Positions 58,201-64,000 of a stretch of 64,000 bases of DNA are shown one piece after another. Where the stretch lies: positions 64,001-128,000 of IMG/VR virus record IMGVR_UViG_3300032038_009890. One strand, given 5' to 3'. The first letter of the stretch is position 1. The number at the start of each line of letters is the position of its first letter. This stretch comes from a virus (lineage: Duplodnaviria > Caudoviricetes). The position numbers and the translations under genes were made by a program. The notes under the pieces were generated by a model, which searched no databases, had not been told where the DNA came from, and saw only the letters and a list, made by a program, of their open reading frames with translations.

Positions 58201-58944
58201 TCATAAAATGTTCTCTCTATAAACTTGTTGGCTTTCATCATAACTATATTCTTTGTAATATTCACGCTCTGCTTCTTTTCGTGATTTTATTGCTTCTTCT
58301 TTTGTGTTAAAGTATCCTAAACGAACCTTATTTTTATTTATGGAAATAAAAGCTTCCCATTTTCTTCCATTAAAAATAACTCCCTTTTCCCCAGTCTTAT
58401 TTCTTGTTGATACCTTTGTATTCATAGCATTTTCTGATGCTGAAGCAATTCTTAAATTGCATTTTCTATTGTCATTAACTGTTAATTCCCCGCCAATATG
58501 ATCAATATACGCATTAGAATCATTTACGCCCATTATTACTCTATGCAATAATTTATTCTTCCATGCACATATATAACCATTTTCATTTTCATACCAACTA
58601 TAATCTTTTATTTTATCATAATCTTCCAAATCGAAATAAAATTCATTTTCTGTGTTTGCTGTGAATCCTATTCCATAATCACCCTCTAGGTTATATTTGT
58701 TCTTTTTCCGTTGTTCTATTCTTTCTTTCTTTATAATTTCATTTCTTAAACATCCACATGAATTTGTTTTACCACTTTTTAAATTACAACTTCTTACTTG
58801 AATTATTGTTTTATTCTCACATGAACATTGACATATCCAAGTCGTATCTCTTTTACCATTTTTGCGTATAGTATCTTCTCCTCGTCTTAAAACCGTTAAT
58901 CTCCCAAATACTTGCCCTTCTAAATTTTTAAGTGGTCTTCCCAT
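58201..58944 (-). CDS. HNH homing endonuclease with Cys-rich N-terminus and AP2 domain
   Basis: NLEGQVFGRLTV, SCGC, LLHRVIM...DHI...DNRKCNLR, KGV...WEAFI...LGYF. Confidence 0.9.
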   Translation of the reverse strand: MGRPLKNLEGQVFGRLTVLRRGEDTIRKNGKRDTTWICQCSCENKTIIQVRSCNLKSGKTNSCGCLRNEIIKKERIEQRKKNKYNLEGDYGIGFTANTENEFYFDLEDYDKIKDYSWYENENGYICAWKNKLLHRVIMGVNDSNAYIDHIGGELTVNDNRKCNLRIASASENAMNTKVSTRNKTGEKGVIFNGRKWEAFISINKNKVRLGYFNTKEEAIKSRKEAEREYYKEYSYDESQQVYRENIL

Positions 58945-59234
58945 CTTCTTACCTCATACTAACTTGCGAAATTCAAATACTTCTCCGCATCTACCACACT
59001 TCACTCTTCCGCTAGTACCTATGCCAGTAGGATAAAACATATACTTATACCCTCCACCAGAAACGTCATGACAATGATTTGCGGGTAAAATCATATCCCC
59101 ACTTCCATTCTAACGATTTAGATAAAACGCTATAAACCACAAAAGGGAAGACACCCATTCTCTGCATCCGAATAGTATGTCTTCCCTCTTTTTTATATTT
59201 GATTTAATTATGTTGTTATCACGCATCCAAGTAT

Positions 59235-59331
59235 ATTTCAATCCATACGCTTATACAGGTTATTTCTGGAGGTGTTGCCGGGTCAGCTCTGCTATCCAAA
59301 TTTTAATCTATACGTTTATATAGATTATTTC
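59235..59331 (-). repeat. Two 32-nt direct repeats separated by 33 nt (mini-CRISPR-like geometry)
   Basis: GAAATAATCTATATAAACGTATAGATTAAAAT and GAAATAACCTGTATAAGCGTATGGATTGAAAT, 27/32 identical. Confidence 0.7.
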
Positions 59332-59399
59332 CCCGGATGCTTACTCTTTTGTTCCTCAGTAGGATAAGTCTGCATTTCCTTTTGGCCTGATAAGCTAAA

Positions 59400-59476
59400 C
59401 TGGCGTGGCTCGGACCGAACGAGCATCTCACGGGGTTGGCTCCCATGCGCATTAGTCCTTTTTATGCTACACGCCA
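59400..59476 (-). tRNA. Atypical tRNA, possible Trp(CCA), with enlarged anticodon arm
   Basis: TGGCGTG/CACGCCA acceptor, D and T arms; CATGGG-AGCCAAC-CCCGTG, lacking U33. Confidence 0.55.
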
Positions 59477-59564
59477 AATGAGGGATGTTTAAGCTTTGTT
59501 ACACCCCCAAAACCTTTGCCTATTAATAACCTAGTACTAGTTCGGCAGAGCGTCCTCTGCCTAA

Positions 59565-59639
59565 TGCGCCTAGTGGGTTATGCTCCCACGACCTCTACCC
59601 TTAGACTGGTAGCGCTCTCTCTTACTGAGCTATAGGCGC
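59565..59639 (-). tRNA. Atypical tRNA with 8-nt anticodon loop AGTCTAAG (CTA amber or TCT Arg reading)
   Basis: GCGCCTA/TAGGCGC, GCTC/GAGC, CTACC/GGTAG, GTGGG-AGCATAA-CCCAC. Confidence 0.7.
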
Positions 59640-59753
59640 GATGGCTGACCTTTTCACATACTCCTGCGCACTGATGTATGCGATCAAGGGATTATACTGG
59701 CTCAGCCCAACCACTAAAAAACTATATAGCTTCGGCAGGATGTCCCCTGCCTA

Positions 59754-59866
59754 TATCACGGGTGAGGATTTGCACCTCGCATGGGCTAAAGGCTCATATG
59801 TCCTTCGCAAGCATCGGATCAAGCGGCTCTTACCTTATAAGCGTCTACCTATTCCGCCACCGTGAT
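59754..59866 (-). ncRNA. tRNA-Leu-like scaffold with anticodon/variable region replaced by ~58 nt
   Basis: ATCACGG/CCGTGAT, D arm GGCGGAATAGGTAGACGC, T arm GAGG-TGCAAAT-CCTC. Confidence 0.6.
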
Positions 59867-59919
59867 ACTACATTTAATACTAACCTATGAAGCAATTCAT
59901 TTAAGGCACACTGCCCAAT

Positions 59920-59988
59920 TATCATCTCTCGATTCGAACGAGAATCTCTCACCCCCGTAGAGTATGTTACCAATTACACCAGATGACA
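59920..59988 (-). ncRNA. tRNA-like RNA with shortened anticodon loop
   Basis: GTCATCT/AGATGAT, GTGTAATTGGTAACAT, CTCG-TTCGAAT-CGAG; ACTCT-ACG-GGGGT. Confidence 0.55.
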
Positions 59989-60069
59989 AATTATGACAAT
60001 AAATCCTCACGACCACCGAGCAGGCGGCAAGTTACAATTTAATTTTCCCTTGTAAATACAGGGGAAACG

Positions 60070-60208
60070 TACTCCCAGTTGGATTCGGACCAACGACACA
60101 CGGCTTAATCCTCGCTACTGGTTCTGCCCCAGTATTTCGAATTGCGTTTTCCTTAGTTAAACTAAGCGAAGTAAGGCCGCCGCTCTAACCTGACTGAGCT
60201 ATGGGAGC
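60070..60208 (-). tRNA. tRNA (possibly Ile-TAT-derived) interrupted in the anticodon loop by a nested tRNA-like element
   Basis: GCTCCCA/TGGGAGT, canonical D arm, GCGGC/GCCGT stem, GTTGG-TCCGAAT-CCAAC; 62-nt insert at 60110-60171. Confidence 0.75.
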
Positions 60209-60474
60209 ATAAAATCCAGTGCAGATAACGCCTGTAGGTTCGCCACCTGCACCAGATGCGTCCGAAAAGCAATCTTATTCCCGAAGAATTATCATTATTC
60301 AATTTTAAATTTTTAATTAGAATTCAATTACATTATCTTGCCGTTACTTGATAACGCACCTCCCTTTGTAATCACAGACAACAAAGTTACAGCTGATAAT
60401 GAATCATAGCCATACTAGTCCAAATGCATTCACATTTTTTCTATTCAAATTTCTTTAGATTTTATATGGCTAAA

Positions 60475-60564
60475 CGCCAACGGCAGAACTCGAATCTGCA
60501 CGCCGCTCTCACGGTTACTACGGCTTTTCAAGAGCCGTACCTTACCAATTAGGTTTACGTTGGC
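60475..60564 (-). tRNA. tRNA-Ser(TGA)
   Basis: Full cloverleaf, loop CT-TGA-AA, long variable arm, G73. Confidence 0.9.
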
Positions 60565-60671
60565 ATAAAATGTTGGCGGGAACCTTGTACTTCTGCTCCT
60601 CTTTAATGCTCATTAGCAAACCAACAAAATCTTTCGTCTGCACCTGCTTTGCCCTTACAGAGTGCAAACAG

Positions 60672-60752
60672 TACCCGTAGGCGAATTCGAATCGCCACGC
60701 TAAAAGCCAAGGATTCTAAGTCCTTTACGTCTGCCAGTTCCGTCATACGGGC
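60672..60752 (-). tRNA. tRNA-Leu(TAG)
   Basis: Full cloverleaf, loop CT-TAG-AA, variable arm, A73. Confidence 0.92.
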
Positions 60753-60893
60753 ATACTCTTACATCCCATTACTCGCCTACCCCTTGCAGTTCCGGTCACC
60801 CAGTAGACCCATCTCCACGCGCCAATATGCCGTCTTACAGGATAGCTACTCCCCATAAGCTAATAGACACTTGCCCTCACAGGATGTAAGAAA

Positions 60894-60969
60894 TGCTTCG
60901 GTCTCGATTTGAACGAGAATCAGTGTGATCAGCACTGGTTTTATCCGCGTACTATTAAACTACCTAAGC
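60894..60969 (-). tRNA. Atypical tRNA-Ile(GAT)-like with enlarged D loop
   Basis: CAGTG-CTGATCA-CACTG, TCTCG-TTCAAAT-CGAGA; one acceptor mismatch. Confidence 0.55.
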
Positions 60970-61003
60970 AGATTTAGCTTTTGAGCGGAGCTATAACCGC
61001 AAC

Positions 61004-61078
61004 TAGGCACTGTACCACAAGCAGAAAGGAAATACCATATATCTTTGTTCTTCATAAAATATTTGCTGTATGTGCCTA
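61004..61078 (-). ncRNA. ACAGCAA-module RNA, copy 1
   Basis: TAGGCAC-ATACAGCAAA...GTGCCTA. Confidence 0.75.
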
Positions 61079-61148
61079 TCAAATATATTTAGTTGTCTCA
61101 TTTAGAATAACCCCTACCTGCTCTCACAGTTTATTTATACTCATCATC

Positions 61149-61262
61149 TAGGTGCATATCTGCTCTAAGCAGAAGGGGTTATTACTTTTAAGTCGCAGAG
61201 TTTTCCGCTATATTTTCCTGTACATTATTGTAATGAAATTAAAATTTTGCTGTATGCACCTA
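61149..61262 (-). ncRNA. ACAGCAA-module RNA, copy 2
   Basis: TAGGTGCAT-ACAGCAAAA...ATGCACCTA. Confidence 0.75.
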
Positions 61263-61264
61263 AA

Positions 61265-61378
61265 CGCATGGGACAGGGATCGAACCTGTATCTTTCGCGG
61301 GACAGGCGATATAATATTTGCTGATTATGACTATTGCTAGCCACGTTTTAACGTTCTAACCAATTAAACTACCCATGC
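61265..61378 (-). ncRNA. tRNA-Asp(GTC)-like scaffold with a permuted module inserted (copy 3)
   Basis: GCATGGG/CCCATGC, D and T arms, TCGC-CTGTCCC-GCGA; insert AAC-GTGGCTA-GCAA-TAGTCAT-AATCAGCAAA. Confidence 0.7.
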
Positions 61379-61381
61379 ATA

Positions 61382-61463
61382 GGGGAGGATGTAAGAAATC
61401 GAACTTATGAGTATATGCTGTAACTGTCTGCCTAGACAGTGCCACCCTTGGCTCCATCCCCCC
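61382..61463 (-). ncRNA. tRNA-like scaffold whose anticodon arm is a permuted module (copy 4)
   Basis: GGGGATG/CATCCTC; ACTGTCT-AGGC-AGACAGT-TACAGCATA; TAAG-TTCGATTT-CTTA. Confidence 0.65.
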
Positions 61464-61471
61464 ATAAAAAC

Positions 61472-61580
61472 TAGATACCGTTTGACTTGGGCGCGACTCC
61501 AAGATTTCTCCCTAGGGGAGCGTCCTACGCATTTAGACTATATGTTCCGTGAAACATCCGATAACTGCTGTAGGTATCTA
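61472..61580 (-). ncRNA. ACAGCAA-module RNA enclosing tRNA-like D, anticodon and T arms (copy 5)
   Basis: TAGATACC-TACAGCAG...TAGTCTAAATGCGTAGGAC-G-CTCCC/GGGAG-AAAT-CTTGG/CCAAG...AAAC-GGTATCTA. Confidence 0.75.
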
Positions 61581-61584
61581 TATA

Positions 61585-63114
61585 TTAGATAATCCCTTTC
61601 AGCGCCGCATCAACGGCGTCATACCGAGGACTGTTAATAGTATCAAGTAAAACATCATACGGGTCCATACGATCACTCATGACCATCCGCAGAAGCTGAA
61701 CAGAAAAACCAGAGCAAAGTACAAGACCATTTTCATTTTTCTGCATCGGCATCGTCTTATCTACTTCTCCAGAGAGATTCCAGAAGATGATGCGAGGCAG
61801 TTTATATCCATGCATCTGATATTTACGAGAAATACTCTCAAAAATTGTATTAATCCTAGAAGGTGCATATACAGCTTGGTTAAACTGCATATCACTAAGG
61901 ATAATAACTCTGCTCGGCATCTCATCCTGCTTATAGCCATTACTAATAGCTGTTTGCAGAATAAGGTCCATCGTTTTCTCAATATCAGTATCTGCCACCT
62001 CGGAATGCTTAAAGAAATACTCGATCTTTTCGCGGAGGCTATTGCAGTTACTCAGGTCAAAAAACTTCGGCCTATTGGAAAAAGAAAGTACAAGATTTTT
62101 CCAATCGTCGCTGTTATGCTCCGACGTATAAACAGACAGAGCAATCGCAACATCAAAAGGTCTAACCTTAGTACGGTATCCAGGCTCACACATCGAGGAT
62201 GAGGTATCACATACTACAAGAGTATCTCCAATCCCCATCTGCGGCAATGCCTTCCACAGCTGTTCTAGCGTCTCATCATACGCATTGATGTTTGGCCTAT
62301 ACCAACTATAGCCATAGTTGATATAGCTATTGACGATCTCATGAGGCTGAAGCACACCTGCATTGATTTTAGTCTCTCCCTTTGTTAGCGACTGCAGATA
62401 AGTTGCGCGCCTCTCTTCGTCATGCCGCATAAAGGCCTTACCATAAATCAGGTTTGCCCTAGACGGCACAGCAGAGTAGTTGATCTCGCCCCATTTCTGC
62501 GCAGACATCTTTGACTCGACCAGATCGAGCGTCTTCCGCATGGCAGAAATCTTTTTTCTATACCTTGCAGGAGTAATGCCCCAAGCGTCAATAAAAATCC
62601 CTGCGTAACGTTTCGTCTCACGCGAAGATGCGACACAGCTAGGAAGCCACTTAACTAGTAAGCTGATCGGCTTACCTTCCTTCAGCGCTTCATAGTCCTT
62701 GTCAAGCTGAACGCCAACAAGGTCAATCACATCCTGCTTGAGCGGAGTATCCAGAAACGGCCATAGATCCTTCCATCGCCCGTACTCAGGGAATAGTGGA
62801 AGCAGTGCCTTAACCACGGCAGGACGATTTTCGACCAACCACTGCATACAGGTGATAAATGTCCTTCTCTCGCCCATGCCTTCACGACAGTCACGTAAGA
62901 AGAACAGGTATTTTACACCAACATGCGGATCCTCATAGAATGCCGCCTGATACATGTTGGCAATGTACTCTTCACTCTGCTCACGTAGTCCAGTCGTTGC
63001 GAAGTTAAAATCTAATAGCGCATGACCAGATGACTCATAGGCCAATGCACCGTTTTCAGTCAGCGTCTTCTGCTGATTCAGCTGACTTTTTAAACCAGTA
63101 GCAAACTTATTCAT
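61585..63114 (-). CDS. DUF2828-family protein (TROVE-like helical domain + vWA; Ro60-like)
   Basis: TENGA, LLDF, FFLRDCREGMGERRTF, YGRWKDL, KWLPS, YSAVPSRA, CDTSSSM MIDAS, ILSDMQF, IFWNL, SGFS; start at ATG 63114 after SD. Confidence 0.88.
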   Translation of the reverse strand: MNKFATGLKSQLNQQKTLTENGALAYESSGHALLDFNFATTGLREQSEEYIANMYQAAFYEDPHVGVKYLFFLRDCREGMGERRTFITCMQWLVENRPAVVKALLPLFPEYGRWKDLWPFLDTPLKQDVIDLVGVQLDKDYEALKEGKPISLLVKWLPSCVASSRETKRYAGIFIDAWGITPARYRKKISAMRKTLDLVESKMSAQKWGEINYSAVPSRANLIYGKAFMRHDEERRATYLQSLTKGETKINAGVLQPHEIVNSYINYGYSWYRPNINAYDETLEQLWKALPQMGIGDTLVVCDTSSSMCEPGYRTKVRPFDVAIALSVYTSEHNSDDWKNLVLSFSNRPKFFDLSNCNSLREKIEYFFKHSEVADTDIEKTMDLILQTAISNGYKQDEMPSRVIILSDMQFNQAVYAPSRINTIFESISRKYQMHGYKLPRIIFWNLSGEVDKTMPMQKNENGLVLCSGFSVQLLRMVMSDRMDPYDVLLDTINSPRYDAVDAALKGII

Positions 63115-63128
63115 TACATTTTCCTTTC

Positions 63129-63209
63129 TAGACGCACAAATTTGATGGATTTGAACCATCTTAAAACACGTATGTTTTGTTATCCAGAATATTTTGCTGT
63201 ATGCGTCTA
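63129..63209 (-). ncRNA. ACAGCAA-module RNA with T-arm (copy 6), directly 5' of the DUF2828 SD
   Basis: TAGACGCA-TACAGCAAAA...GATGG-TTCAAAT-CCATC...TGCGTCTA. Confidence 0.75.
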
Positions 63210-63212
63210 TAA

Positions 63213-63331
63213 TCGAGAGAGGAGGAATTGAACCTCCGCTTGCGGACCCAAGGCGTCATAAATTTGCTGTTAGTGACTATTAAAGTCACGTTATAGACAT
63301 TTCCGCCGTACTACCACTATACCATCTCCCG
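63213..63331 (-). ncRNA. tRNA-Pro-like scaffold with a permuted module in the anticodon arm (copy 7)
   Basis: CGGGAGA/TCTCTCG-A, GCGGA/TCCGC, GGAGG-TTCAATT-CCTCC; insert AAC-GTGACT-TTAAT-AGTCAC-TAACAGCAAA; TTGGG remnant. Confidence 0.75.
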
Positions 63332-63337
63332 TAAAAC

Positions 63338-63404
63338 TAGGCGCGTTTTTTGGGTGTTAGTTTAAAAAGCTAATCCAGAAATTATGTTTTGCAGTATGCG
63401 CCTA
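63338..63404 (-). ncRNA. ACAGCAA-module RNA, copy 8 (ACTGCAA variant)
   Basis: TAGGCGC-ATACTGCAAAA...AAAC-GCGCCTA. Confidence 0.7.
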
Positions 63405-63495
63405 TAGTTGGTTTTTGTTAAAGCAGAACCATAACTGCTTTGGTGTGTGCAACACCAGATCAAAAAAGGAGGGAACAAATAAAAAGACAGATAAA

Positions 63496-63568
63496 CAGCC
63501 TGTCGGGTAGTCGAAACCCGCTTTTTTGGATGAAAACCAAAGATTCTAAACCGCTAAACTAACAGGCC
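63496..63568 (-). tRNA. tRNA-Glu(TTC)
   Basis: GGCCTGT/ACAGGCT, TTTGG-TTTTCAT-CCAAA, CGGGT-TTCGACT-ACCCG. Confidence 0.8.
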
Positions 63569-63632
63569 ATATCTAGCTTTTTTTAAAGCGGAGCTAGAAC
63601 CGCTGTCACCTTGGAAAGGGGCACAGCCCCAA

Positions 63633-63704
63633 TAGCCCCTGCGGGTTATGCTCCCACTTCATATCTGTGAAAGAGATATATCATAGCTATTAGACTAAGG
63701 GGCC
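63633..63704 (-). tRNA. tRNA-Glu(TTC) with non-canonical T loop
   Basis: GGCCCCT/AGGGGCT, TATCT-CTTTCAC-AGATA, T loop AGCATAA. Confidence 0.7.
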
Positions 63705-63843
63705 AAATAAAGTAGTCACCACGATTTGTGACAATAAATCGATTCGTGGGTCGCAACACTGCGTGAACAATAGTTACTAGAGCGTGTTTGTGGTGACTAC
63801 CCAAGATATTGATACGACAGGTTTCAAAGTTGCCACGCTCTAA

Positions 63844-63905
63844 ATAGGACAGGAGGAATTGGACCTCCATCTGTCGAAACCGCTCTACCATTGAGCTATG
63901 TCCCA
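63844..63905 (-). ncRNA. Anticodon-less tRNA-like RNA
   Basis: TGGGACA/TGTCCTA, TAGCTCAATGGTAGAGC, GGAGG-TCCAATT-CCTCC; anticodon arm reduced to GT-TTCG-AC. Confidence 0.75.
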
Positions 63906-64000
63906 TTATGCGTAGCTTTTGATAAAGCAGAGCTACGCTAGAACTGCTTCGTAACAGACAACCCATTTCTTGGAGGATCGAATAAAAGACAGTGGAACAG

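Noticed and set aside
59531-59753. Theta/HDV-like ribozymes after tRNAs
   Set aside because: Only simple hairpins could be drawn; no nested double pseudoknot was found by eye
60672-60752. tRNA with TAG in its loop as an amber suppressor
   Set aside because: Anticodon UAG reads CUA Leu codons; it is an ordinary tRNA-Leu
63115-63159. N-terminal extension of the DUF2828 ORF
   Set aside because: Overlaps a structured RNA; the SD supports ATG 63114
61004-63404. ACAGCAA copies as a CRISPR array or DNA operator repeats
   Set aside because: Spacing is irregular, stems covary, and permuted forms exist, which fits RNA structure rather than fixed DNA repeats
63646-63966. 106-aa minus-strand ORF
   Set aside because: Runs through tRNA-Glu, a tRNA-like RNA and a pseudoknot

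Overview
A 64-kb segment of a large, AT-rich dsDNA phage. Essentially all genes are on the minus strand. Perfect sigmaA-type promoters and SPbeta/c-st-like replication genes suggest a Firmicutes (probably gut Clostridia) host. From left to right it holds: nrdD interrupted by a group I intron carrying a LAGLIDADG endonuclease; many small accessory genes, Tpt1/KptA and a ThyX-like gene; an NAD-dependent DNA ligase split by a homing-endonuclease gene; an L,D-transpeptidase; a replication module (ERCC4-like nuclease, DnaE, RecJ-like DHH, primase, DnaB-like helicase, AAA ATPase, SSB-like); a PurA-like/vWA/PspA/3xTerD/P-type ATPase cluster; a Pnkp-RNA ligase fusion; a radical SAM gene with three ETNSS-motif proteins; and a ~5-kb RNA-gene island around a DUF2828 (TROVE/vWA, Ro60-like) gene. 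The most notable signals are four. (1) Eight copies of a structured RNA module (stem + ACAGCAA) flank the Ro60-like gene; some enclose tRNA arms and some are circularly permuted and grafted into tRNA scaffolds. (2) Five in-frame TAG codons, two of them aligning with Gln in homologous repeats, are confined to three nuclease genes (first TAG at codons 10-13), and TAG is rarely used as a stop. (3) A tRNA-like element is nested in the anticodon loop of another tRNA. (4) Four preQ1-I-like pseudoknots each sit directly 5' of an RNA. All calls come from manual reading of motifs and base-pairing; no database searches were run.
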